Shown piece by piece: positions 16,901 to 27,100 of a stretch of 64,000 nucleotides of DNA. The notes beneath the pieces were generated by a model. That model made no database searches and had not been told where the DNA came from. It saw only the letters and a program-made list of their open reading frames with translations. Numbering within the stretch: position 1 is the first letter of the stretch; each line of letters opens with the position of its first letter. The DNA is from Methanobacteriota archaeon (GTDB lineage: Archaea; Thermoplasmatota; SW-10-69-26; JACQPN01): positions 31,759 through 95,758 of the forward strand of contig JACQPN010000012.1 of assembly GCA_016207515.1 (NCBI GenBank), written 5' to 3'. The translations under genes were made by a program, and so were the position numbers.

Positions 16901-19602
16901 GAATCTACCTGACTCGAAACGTCAACTTGACCGTCCGGTATCGAGATGGGACGGCAATCCCGAACGCGACGGTTCAACTGTTCATGTTGGACACGGCGCC
17001 GGAGGATACGGGCTCGTGCGAGGGCCGATTGGATTCTCCGAGCGTCTCGTTGGAGGTCCAATTGGCGCAGTCGTCGACGCGCATCCAGACGGTCTGGCGT
17101 GGGCAAACGAATCAGGACGGGAACACGACGCTTTACTCGGTCCTTCCCGGATTCTGGTGCTCACAATTCCCCTACCTGTTTCCCGCGAATTTCACCTCCC
17201 ACACGACGGCCCCGAATGGTTCGGACGCGCGACACAATGAAAGCTTTGGGGCCGTTGAGCTCACGCCCCACCAATGGGACTTCCGAGGCATGCCAAGTTA
17301 CGCGAACTACACTCGGTTCCTCTACGATTGGGGCTTTTGCAGCGTGAACACGGGCCCGGAACGCGCGTTCGAGAAATGCATCAACGGGGAGACGCCGACC
17401 TACCCCATGGTGGGCCCGGCCCGTTTGTTCTCCGGCGGAGTTTTATCGGCCGCGGGGTACGCCTTGAACCCGAAGACCGCGGTGTTGACGGCGGTGGATC
17501 GCCAGTGGGCGCGGGACCAGCTTTGCGATTGGACGCGCGGTTACAATGAACTGTTCGGAGCCGGCCTTTCCGTTGGCGACATAAACAACTCGTTAGACGT
17601 CCCCATTGTGGGAGGCAAACTCGGCGAATGCCGGGATGAAGCGGCTTTCTTCCAATGGCCCTCAGCACTCCTGATGCACGAGGCGTTCAGTGAGACTGGG
17701 CGCGTGCGCGATTACGTGAACGGGACGGAGTGGGTGACGAACAGTTGGCCGGTGGTGCCCGCCCTGCCGGGTTCGCTTCTTGACACCACTTGGGCGTTCT
17801 TGGCAAATGAGACGACAGTGACAGCGACCCCGAAGACCCTTACGGGCCCTTCCGTGATGGGCATGTTGCGTTACAATTTCACCATCCCCGAGAACGAAGT
17901 CGTGAACATCGCCACGAGCTTCCAATTCGAATTCATCGGAACGAAGGGCTTCTACGTCGTCGCCCTCGGCGACGACGCTGTGAACTCCATGGAAAGCACG
18001 CTTGCAAACGTTTCTTCAGCGGAGCCCACGTGGTTCGAGAACCCCTTACAAAAATTCCTGAATCCACACTTGAGGATCACGCCCTTCGCCACGAACCAAC
18101 CCTTGAACGTCACGTTCGATTCGCAGTGGGACTTCAACGCGACGTTGCAAGTGGAGAACCACGCGTCCCAAGGCAACATGAGCACGAATGCCGAGTGGAT
18201 GACGCGCGGTTGGAACCCGAGAGGCGGCGCGATATTCTTCGTGTTCTGGCGGGAAAGCATCGTCTCGGCGAGTCTGCTTCGCGTCACCGACTATGATTAC
18301 CGTGCTTTCACGTACCTGGGGATGGTGCCGGCCGTGGATGCGTCCTCCTACGCCGCCTCGACGGGTAATCAAGTGGACAACACGCGGGTCAATCCCGAGG
18401 CGGAAGGGTGGGACCTCCTCATTTCGACGAGCCGGAAGCTCACGAACGTCACGGTGACTCCCGGCGTGGATGACCCGACCTACCTGAATGCGTCATCCTT
18501 GTACTCGACGGGCGTGACGGAGGGTTCGGACTTCGGGCCGATCATCGAGCGCCGTGGGATCGATGATTACCCGATTACGTTGGCGTCGAATTCGAAGACG
18601 CCGGGGTTCATGGTCGACTCGTACGGGGGTGGCGTCGTGTCGCAAGACAATGGGACGTGGCGTTACCTTGGGCGTGGCATGAATTCCGCGGCCCCCGGGT
18701 ACCTTGAGCAACGGTGGGAACGCGTGGCGCCGGAAGGCGCTGGAGCGGTTGATTCGGTGATTGATGCGGCGATCGATCCATTGGCGGGCGCCAGTTTGGC
18801 GCTCGTATGTCCGGGTTGTCAGGACGATTTGTTGGATTTCGTGAATTCGTCGGCGCCGTCGTACGCGGTCCCGGATTTATTCGCCGGGAAGGCGGATAGG
18901 GTGCACCATGCTGTTTGGTTGAACACGAGCTTCAACCGGTTCTATGATGTGGGTCTTACGTGGAATGAGACTTTCGCCGAGGTGGGCGTCTCTGGGTGGA
19001 ACGCGTCCGGTCCGCTTCCGGTCGACCCGGTCGACCGTTACGTGGAACGGGAGAATACGAACACGAATTACACGATCGAGGCGCATGGATTCACGTCGCA
19101 CGCGTGTTGGATGTGGGTGATTAGCGTCCAGACATGTGCGACCGGTGGTGAGGCAAAGGTCGTTTTGGAGGCGGACCCGCGCGTGGAGCTCTTCGGTGGC
19201 GCGATGAGGTGGAGTTTCAACCTCGGCACCCTATCGGTGGTCATCGTCGACAATGACGTCGATGACGAGGTCCCGGATACGGTGGTCATCTGTCAGGATA
19301 ATCATTGTGAGGATTTCAATCCGGATGCGTGCCCGATGAGCGATGACCTGGAGTTCAGGACGTTGGCCTGTCACTTCAACATGAATGCGCCGTCGGGCTT
19401 CGTGTATTTCACGGAGCGTTCGGGTGACGTGGGGGGTCCACCGCCGTTCGAGACGATGGTGTACACGGCGCCGGTGGCTGCACATGTGTGGAACCCGTTG
19501 TACCTCGTGGATCCGAATGAGGCCCACTATCAGCCAGTGCCCATCAATTATCCCATCTGGTGCTCCGAACTTACAGATCCGGATACGTGCGTCCTTAACT
19601 AG
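13945..19602 (+). CDS. Giant secreted glycoprotein with PKD-like and inactive subtilase-like domains, cassette copy 1 (~1885 aa)
   Basis: Signal peptide MGRAKPRAIIITFIILFSG...VASA; WDF..G PKD-like motif; S8-like scaffold at ~15170-15822 lacking catalytic motifs; more than 50 N-x-S/T sequons by eye; Cys-rich C-terminus. Confidence 0.88.
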   Translation: MGRAKPRAIIITFIILFSGFSFPLDVEPLQLAPVASAGHGGPHPELKQVVTDPPNPNSTTDVYLKAECSNCSEISLEWFVDGVKSDDAQISFESIPPDGVFNFKYSLIPASQLKYGANVTWTANATLTALLTDSKSGYFVVGNSHPVATVHPLLKSQGFSVNRFQSLDLETFYNREYRDGNWTYWQDTVKVQDKEQDDNESFAIQQNLSYNWDFKEGNFSAFSNSSRASHEWRDLGDYQVRVTVKDWSKATGAQLNSTTADIPVHVRNQPPSLTFLEAREMPAMDSDTSTIADDDVDTTDVLRVKVHWSDGDAATGADQVFLDFYDVSATAAALNATREVNATGVGANVSVVELPLVDFKASRLRVCIRDRVTTLPVNGAIPLQAGRNLTLAGKICLTTEILQKFNPLDLRGIDVVHFVSGDAPFSTTGNVTDIWTKVPLDVSTPHERNETIRFFNENLTKLMNGRPPRVLAIESLGYPLTDEVNAKLGLLRDLGTLIIAPVEANDFSTTVTQYYTAGGIGISRHVIGVGVANQSMNGARLGTPAGPNGMMLAKPDFLVALPDNMAMAQAQVQAVRNVTDLAAILMLKGITDPFIIEEYLRTIAVPSWNGVDAIDNAWRQGYGILNTTNILGFVSNATFSPQNLSKDHNLSVWGNSSKLNHIVDLAPVLLNPSADFGVTTRENATTAHLKLVNPSMVLPSLGDQLLGSPRALLDKGLLPNTVFASEKKVRINVTFYHFPETLLNNASEAMRGLGHESAVWSLMGSNTTDPNLTVNTTSDILSDLNSSRGSLDHPLKPYYFIPETTATVGGDFAVTRISPYVEPLLEAADIALDRTKYLGFSSESPLNASTRFAIQQHRLGLVALRANLTNVGDLDRVTGNVSLLKVKLTNLVAIVPSDPVLKPLNDTVRNYTEQLALFASRTVGAVTSLGDETFVDLTTEAEKTTQAPYGHYFGVVRVIAEDICNNSTATGQDQTCKTIIKTAPTGIYLTRNVNLTVRYRDGTAIPNATVQLFMLDTAPEDTGSCEGRLDSPSVSLEVQLAQSSTRIQTVWRGQTNQDGNTTLYSVLPGFWCSQFPYLFPANFTSHTTAPNGSDARHNESFGAVELTPHQWDFRGMPSYANYTRFLYDWGFCSVNTGPERAFEKCINGETPTYPMVGPARLFSGGVLSAAGYALNPKTAVLTAVDRQWARDQLCDWTRGYNELFGAGLSVGDINNSLDVPIVGGKLGECRDEAAFFQWPSALLMHEAFSETGRVRDYVNGTEWVTNSWPVVPALPGSLLDTTWAFLANETTVTATPKTLTGPSVMGMLRYNFTIPENEVVNIATSFQFEFIGTKGFYVVALGDDAVNSMESTLANVSSAEPTWFENPLQKFLNPHLRITPFATNQPLNVTFDSQWDFNATLQVENHASQGNMSTNAEWMTRGWNPRGGAIFFVFWRESIVSASLLRVTDYDYRAFTYLGMVPAVDASSYAASTGNQVDNTRVNPEAEGWDLLISTSRKLTNVTVTPGVDDPTYLNASSLYSTGVTEGSDFGPIIERRGIDDYPITLASNSKTPGFMVDSYGGGVVSQDNGTWRYLGRGMNSAAPGYLEQRWERVAPEGAGAVDSVIDAAIDPLAGASLALVCPGCQDDLLDFVNSSAPSYAVPDLFAGKADRVHHAVWLNTSFNRFYDVGLTWNETFAEVGVSGWNASGPLPVDPVDRYVERENTNTNYTIEAHGFTSHACWMWVISVQTCATGGEAKVVLEADPRVELFGGAMRWSFNLGTLSVVIVDNDVDDEVPDTVVICQDNHCEDFNPDACPMSDDLEFRTLACHFNMNAPSGFVYFTERSGDVGGPPPFETMVYTAPVAAHVWNPLYLVDPNEAHYQPVPINYPIWCSELTDPDTCVLN
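15529..15617 (+). repeat. 89-bp direct repeat, copy 2
   Basis: Matches 12555-12643 at an offset of 2974 bp. Confidence 0.95.
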
Positions 19603-19727
19603 CGTGGGGCGTCGCGTGGCCAATGCACATTTTCACTAGTCCTCGGCTTGCCAAATTTCGGGGGATTTTTCGGAGATGACGCAACGGACCCGGCCGCAAT
19701 TACCAGTCGTAACGACATGGGGTCCGA

Positions 19728-20642
19728 TCACTTGCACGGTTTCCCGCCCCACGAACTGTCAAAAAGCGTCGCATCCCAGCCGTAGGCCGCGTAGTAGCCG
19801 ACCGTGGGTTCGCAGCGTAGCCACCTCAGGTTCCCGGATGAGGTCTGGTTCGCGATCGGCGCCGACGTGTAATGGTTAGCAGGCCAGCTCTTGCCTGATG
19901 CGAGCAGTTCGACCCTCAGGTCCTCCGCGCTGATGCGTTCCGGGACGAGCCCCGCGTGGCCACGCGTGTAATCGTTGATGAGTTGCACGATGAACGCGTG
20001 GGCGTCGGCCGAGACGGTGTCCCCCTTCGCGATCGTCTCGGGATCCAATGACTTCGACGGGACCTCGATGGCCCACGGGAGGGCAGGTCCGGGCGCGAAC
20101 GTGTAAGGGCTCTCAAGGGCGCCTGACGCCTCCACGCGCGCGCTCACGATATTCGTGCCCGCCGCCTCGATCGTCACCGAATAGTCCATGCGGCTCCCGC
20201 CGGCGTCGAAATGCCCTTCACCGGCCCACGTGTGTCCCACCAACGTCGTCGTCACGTTCCCGCGAAAACCCGCGTGTTCCGTGAGGTACTTCAGGTCCCA
20301 CGCCAAGAGTTGCACGGTGCTTGTGCGGAAGGCCGCCGCGTCGAACCCGTATTTCGTCCAGCCGATCCCGTTGTACGTAGTGTAGATGACCGTTCCGGAT
20401 TTCACGGCCCGGCCGGGGAATTCCGCCGTGCCGTTCGGGTCAGCCGCGAAAAGATCGCCAGCGCGGCCCGTGAACATCCTTCCCGGCGCCTCGCCTGGTT
20501 CGCCGGGCGTGAGCGTCACGATCATGTCCGCGAATTCCAGATCCAGACGCTCTGCAGGGCGGGTCTGGTCGGACGTCGGACTTGTGCAACCGGTCAGAGT
20601 GATCGTGCTAAGAAGCATGATCGCGAAACGCGCTTTGCTCAC
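19728..20642 (-). CDS. Putative lipoprotein with a possible pilin-like C-terminal domain
   Basis: Lipobox LTGC after a hydrophobic stretch; TTTATAAG on the minus strand ~25 nt upstream (20664-20672). Confidence 0.8.
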   Translation of the reverse strand: MSKARFAIMLLSTITLTGCTSPTSDQTRPAERLDLEFADMIVTLTPGEPGEAPGRMFTGRAGDLFAADPNGTAEFPGRAVKSGTVIYTTYNGIGWTKYGFDAAAFRTSTVQLLAWDLKYLTEHAGFRGNVTTTLVGHTWAGEGHFDAGGSRMDYSVTIEAAGTNIVSARVEASGALESPYTFAPGPALPWAIEVPSKSLDPETIAKGDTVSADAHAFIVQLINDYTRGHAGLVPERISAEDLRVELLASGKSWPANHYTSAPIANQTSSGNLRWLRCEPTVGYYAAYGWDATLFDSSWGGKPCK

Positions 20643-21160
20643 AGCGCCTCAGTCGCAGCGGATTCTTATAAAACGTTTGGTGGCGGGTATCGGCTCCTCG
20701 ACTCGGATGCGACCGATTGCCGGGAACCCGGTTGCGTGGCTCGGGTTGATCGAAGACGGCGCGTTATCGACGCGAAGACGACGCTACGGATCAGCATAGA
20801 TGCATCGTCTTTCCGGGAACACGAAAACCAGCGCCGATCCGCGGTCACGCCGCGGTTCACTGATCGCGTTCCGAGTTCCCGATCTCTCCGAATCTCGCAG
20901 CTGATCAGCTCCGCATTTGAACATGTTTGACAAGTATTCCAAAAACCGGTTGTTAACCTCCTATCGTAACAACGATATCATATTAATACGACCGGTGTCC
21001 TCTTCACGTAAGCCCCAGATGGCGAACTGGGACGGGAGACTGGGGAGGCGGAACGCGGTTTCCGTAGCCGAAGAAAGTGTTCGGTTGTCGGTCACGCTTT
21101 TTCGCGCGCCTCGCTTTCTCGATCGGTCAGGATTTCGTCGCCGAAAAAGAGGGATTTGAA

Positions 21161-24100
21161 ATGGCGAAAGGAGGCAACGAGGGCAAGCGGGCATTGAATG
21201 TTTTTGTGAGCGTCATGATGGTCACTTCTGGCCTATTGGTGCTTCCATTCTCGGAATGGGCGCCGTTCGGCACAGCAAGCGCGACACCGAGTTTCGGCAC
21301 AGGCGCCGCCGGTTTCACGGACTATCAACCCCCGTCGACGATGGGTAACGACGCTGCCGAGCCCGGCATAGGCGTGAACTGGAACACTGGAAAGGTGTTC
21401 ATCAATTCCAACGCAGACCAATTGCGCGTGACCTTCAACGACGCGGTCTACCCTCCGACCGCGTTTTGGGAAGACAAGAGCGCCCCCTTCTCCATAGTCA
21501 ACATCGACCCCGTGCTTTTCACCGATTCCGTCACGGGCCGCACCTTCGCCGGCGGCCTCGACGGGACTTGCAGCATCATCGGGTTCACGAGCGACGACGG
21601 TAACTCCTGGACCCCGTCGGCGGACGCCTGCGCCCATGGCGGTTGGGACCACGAGACCGTCGGCGGCGGCCCGTACGCCGAACCCCTTCGGAGCATCATC
21701 GAGGACAGCCCGATCGCGTACAAGCACGCAGTGTACTATTGTTCGCAGGTCGGCCTGGAGCCGAGCCCTGCCTTCTGTTCGCGAAGCCTCAACGGCGGCC
21801 TCACCTTCGAAGAGGTGCGCCCCACGTGGGTGAGGGATTGTTGGGCCATCTCCGGCCACATCCGCGTCGCCCCCGATGGGACCGTCTATCTCCCGTCCCG
21901 TAACTGCGGCGGCAAGGACGGCTTCGGCGTGAGCACCGACAACACGCTCAACTGGAACGTGAGGACAATACCGGGTTCGACCGCGAGCGGCCGCTTCGAC
22001 CCGAGCATCGCCCCGAGCTACAACGCGGACGGTTCGGGCAACTACTGGATCTACTACGGCCAGGCCGAGGCGAACGGCGCCTTCATCGCGGTCTCGAAGG
22101 ACCGCGGCGTCACATTCGAGGACATCGGCGCCGGCAACGGCGTCACGCCAACGAAGTGGTTGAACGTCGGCGCGCTGACGAGCCCGCCGGTGTTGCGGGC
22201 CGAGTTCGCCGAGGTCATCGCGGGCGATCACGACAGGGCCGCGTTCGCCTTCCTCGGTGCGACACAATCCGCGGCGAACCTCCCCGGTTGCGCGGCCGCA
22301 CAGAACTCGCTCGTATGGTACATGTACGTCGCCATGACGTACGACGGAGGCGTCACCTGGAACGTAGAGAAGGCCTCCGAAAAGATAGTACAACGCGGTT
22401 CCATCGGCGACCCCGATGAGACGTGCCGCAACCTCCTTGACTTCAACGACATCACCGTGGGCGCCGACGGACGCGTCCTGATCGGCTACGCCGACGGCTG
22501 CACGTCCGCGTCCTGCGAAGGGCCAAGCGGCACGGCGGGGCAGAGCCGTAGCGAAAAAGCGACCATCACGCGCCAAAGCAGCGGCCGCGGCCTCTTCGCG
22601 GCGTTCGACACCGGTTCCCCGCTTGAAGCCGACGCCGGCGGCCCATACTCGGGCGGCGTCGGGGCGCAGATCTCCTTCGACGGCGCTGCCACGGGCGGCA
22701 CCTCGCCATACTCATTCGGTTGGGACTTCGGTGACGGGAACACGGGAAGCGGCGCTTCCCCCACGCACGCCTACGCCTCTTCGGGGACGTACACGGTCAC
22801 CCTTACCGTCACCGACGCGGCAAGCACCAGCGATTCGGTCTCGACGACGGCGACAGTATCCAGTACGACCTCGGTGCCGGTCGTCGACATCGAGAACCCG
22901 GCTTCGGGTTCCACCGTGCATGACACCGTTGCGATCTCCGGGACGGCCGGTCACACGGGCGACCCGAACGGATTGACGTTTGCGGGCCTTTCCTCGGTCA
23001 CGGGCACCGGCACGACGGCGACACTTTCCTGGAGCTCCGCCTCGGGCGGCACGCCTCCCTACACGTACAACGTGTACACGGGCCCCGCCGGCAGCGTCGA
23101 TCTCGGTAGCCCTATCGAAACAACGGGCTCCACAGGAACGACGATCTCCGGCCTCGTCGCCGGCGTCGAAGCCTGTTTCATCGTCCGCGTCACCGACTCG
23201 GCCGCCTCGAGCGACACGAACACGGTGGAGAAGTGCTACCTGCCCACCTTGACGACCGAGACCATCACCTTCTACTACCACGGCGGCGAGTTCACGGACG
23301 CGCCGGACCCCGCTCCCGACAGTGCTGTCATGGTGAAGGGGACGATGAGCACGACCCCGGGCGCCGCCCCGAAGCGGGCGGTCACCGGAGGTGGCCTCGT
23401 CGGTTCTAGCCAACAGATAGGCAACGTCGTTTCTCCGGACATCGACGCCTACCCGCTCCTGTTCGAGAGCGGCCCATTGACGGGCCCCCTCACGATCGCC
23501 GACGGGACGACCACCATCACCGACAACGACGGCGCACCGTGGACCATCGCGAACAACGTCCTTCTCAGGGACTGCATCGCGGGCGGCATCGACGGCAACT
23601 ATTTCGCCGACGTGTACCAGGTGGTCGGCGACACTGCGACGCTTGTGCTCACCAACGACGCCGCGGAGTTCTCCAACACGGGCGTCCTCTCGGCCGACCC
23701 GGTCGAAGGCGACTGCGTCGTACACCACTTGGGTTACGCGGAGCCGAGCACCGCGAGCCACACTTTCCCGGTGGGAAGCAAGATCCTTGTGGGGATCCAC
23801 CCGGACTTCTTCGCCGCATCCTTCAGCGCGACCTACAAGTGGGACGGTCCGGCCCTCTATGACTCGCACCTTGAGTTCACCGGGACCTACGAGCCAGGTT
23901 CGCCGCCTGTGCAGGCGATGATAAGCGACGCCGTCGGCGACGGGCACAGCCCCGAAGCCGATTTCGTCCAGGTGGACGCGGCGGCGACGGCCACGGACCT
24001 CGTCGTGGCCATGAACGTGGACCTTCTTCTCACGTCCCCCGGCGACGGGTTCGCGTCGAGCGAGTTCCACGAATGGGACGTCGTCTTCACGATCGGGACC

Positions 24101-27100
24101 ACGGAGTACGATTATCAGGTCTACACGTTCGGCCAGGTGACGGGCCTTTGGTCCTTCAACGACGGCGCGGACAGCACCGGCACGGTCGACATCGACTACG
24201 CGAACAACAGGATCACGGTCACGATCCCCTGGACAGAGGTCGGCGCCACGGCGGGCCAGGTCCTTTCCGACGTCCACGTGCAATCGTACGAGACGCCGAC
24301 CGGATTTCTCAGCTCCGTCGTGCCAGACGACAGAGCTCCCGACGTCGGCGGCGCGGCGTTGAGCGTTCCGGCCTCGGTCTCCGCCCCCTCGACGGGCGAC
24401 CTCGTTACCGGTCTCAATACGCTCTTCCTCCATGGGGAACGCGTGCGATCGCTCTCGGTCCCGTCGATAGGCGACCTTGGAAAGTCCGCGCCCGTCTTGT
24501 CCTTCGAAAGACCGGAAGGGCTTGCGCCCTCGGTCTTCTCTGAAAGCGACGGCCCCGTCTTCATCGCGTTCAGCGCGCCGTTCGAAAGCGACGCGACGAT
24601 CGGCGACGGTGAGGGCTCTACGATCGACGGTGCGAGCCTCGGCGTCTACATCTCGCAGAGGTCAACGGCCTCGATGCTCGATGGATTGAACGCGGAACTG
24701 AATCTTGTGACCAACGACGGCGTCTTGCCCCTTGCAAGGAGCTACAGCGACGACGGCCCGAAGGCGCAGGGGATGCCGACGCTCGTAAACATGCCGTTCG
24801 AGATGGGCAAGGCGTACTCGAAGACGCGGCAACTCGGCGGCTTCGACGTCTCCCGGACCGATTTCGCCGGCTTCCCGGCCACGGATGAGAACGGCGATGT
24901 CCTCGCCCACGTGGGCGACAGGCTCGAAGTCCGCTTCTGGATCGACTCGCCGGCCACCACGTCGCCTTACGCGGTGTACTATGACAACAACCGCTTCCCG
25001 AGCGCCCTCAGGGTGCCGTTGAGCGGCCTCGCGCCGGCCGAACCGCCGGTGCCGATCACCGCGACGGGTGCGAACGTGCTCGGCGCCGACGACCCGCAGG
25101 AACTCCCGCCGCAGTATGCGAGCCTTGACCTCAAGGGCGCGGCGGTCTCGAACACGGCGACGGACCTTGTCGTGACGTTCACGACCTACGGTTTCGATCC
25201 GGCCTTGCCCCACCCCGGTAGCCCCGCGGCCACATGGGAGTACGGTTTCACGCTGGACGGATCGGAGCTCGCTTTGTGGATAGAGAGCACCGGCGCACAG
25301 AACCCGACCTTCGAGGCCCAATCGCAATGCCTCGGCTGCCTCGGCGCGACCGGTTGGCTGACCCTCCAGAGCGGCTTCCCGGTGACGATCGACGCCGCGA
25401 GCCACACCCTTACGGCGACGGTCCCGCTGTCGGCCTGGTCGACGGCGATCAGCGGCGCTAGCCTTTCGCCCGGCGACACGTTGACGACGACCTTCCTCCA
25501 AGCGAGGATGCTCGTGCCTGGAAACGGGCTTCCGAGCGTCCTGCCCACGATGGACTATGCGCCCGGCGGCGGCCCCGAAACCACGGCGACGCAATTCGTC
25601 CTGGCTCCCGCCAATGGCAACGAGTACACTATACAGGGCGGCCCGAACCCCGACACGCCTCCGACCATCTCGGCGTTCTCGGGTTCGCCGACGTCGGGAA
25701 GCGCGCCCCTCGCGGTCGACTTCAATGGAAGCGTCGTAGAAGGGACGAACGCCATCGCCAGCGTCTCTTTGAACTTCGGCGACGGCTCGAGCCCGGAAAG
25801 CATAACGCTTTCCGGCGGCAGCTTCTCCGGCGTCTCCCACACGTACACGACTTCAGGCTCACGTACGGCGACGCTCACAGTGACCGACACGGAGGGCCTC
25901 ACGGACTCCGCGACCCAAGGCGTCAACGTCGGCTCCAAACCCGCGGGCGTCTACGTGACGGTGGGGAGCGGCGCCGAAGAGCGCGCGACCGACGACTCGC
26001 CTGATTCGGCGACGTGGCACATCGACCATGACTTCTCGGTCTACGCGCCCGGGACCGGGCTCGTCATCACCGCAGTCTTCTTCGACGGATCCTCGGAGAG
26101 CGCGCCTGATTCGGTGAGCGTCACCGTGGGCGAGTCTGGGACCATCACCATCACGAGTCCCGCCGACGGGGCCTACGTGGACCCGGGCATCGTCCCCATA
26201 TCGGGCACGACGCCGGATTCAAGCGGCTCCGGCCAGTCCTCCGGCATGTGGACCCTTCCGTTCGCGGACGACGTGGACATGGATCGCGTCCAGGACGCCT
26301 TGGAGGACGAACTTTCGCAAGCCAGCGCAAGTGACGTCTACAGCGTCAAGGTGCTCCTCGACCACCCGGCGACGGCGTTGGACGCCTTCAAGTTGGGAAG
26401 CCGCGGACACGCGACATACTCGTACCCGATCAAGGTGATCGACGCCGTCGACCTCGAAGGTGTTCCCGCTTGGGCCGTCAAGGGCCTCTTGCGCCACGAC
26501 GGGGCGATCCGTGTCGAGTGGAACCCGCCGGCGGTCCTCGCTGACGGTCTCTCCGGGCAGATCATCAAGGCTAGGCCGTCGAGCACCTACGCGGACTGCG
26601 TGTGGGGCGGGGCGGGTTGCCTCGGCTACACCGGCAAAGGGGTCGGCTACGCCAACTTCGACGCCGGCGCCATGGGCACCCACAAGGCGTTCGAATGGGG
26701 CGCTTTCGCCCCGACGGGCGTCTCGCCGTCGACCTCGAAGCGCGTCGCCACCCTCGACGTCTGGGGACAGAACACGGTCGGCAACCACGCGACGGCGACG
26801 GCGGGTCTCGCCGTCGGGACCGGCATGGCGACCACCGAGCAGCCGCTTTACGGTTCGGCTCCGGGTGCTTCGCTCGTGAGCGTCATCGCACTCCAGGAGA
26901 TCGGCGGCGCGACGGGGAACAGCGTCAACGTGCGCACCTGCCAGGCCGTGGACGCGGTCATCGCGGCGAAGGCCACGTACAACATCCGCGTTGCGAGCCT
27001 TTCATACGGAAGCCTCCTTCCCGCGTCCACTTCGGACGACGCGTGTGTGGATCGCGCGGTCGACAACGGCATCGTCATGGTCATCGCGTCAGGCAACACG

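Noticed and set aside
22712..25840. Long antisense or alternate-frame ORFs (573 aa, 392 aa, also 51361-52167 and many others)
   Set aside because: Shadow ORFs expected from high-GC codon bias opposite real genes; Arg/Gly/His-rich and without motifs.
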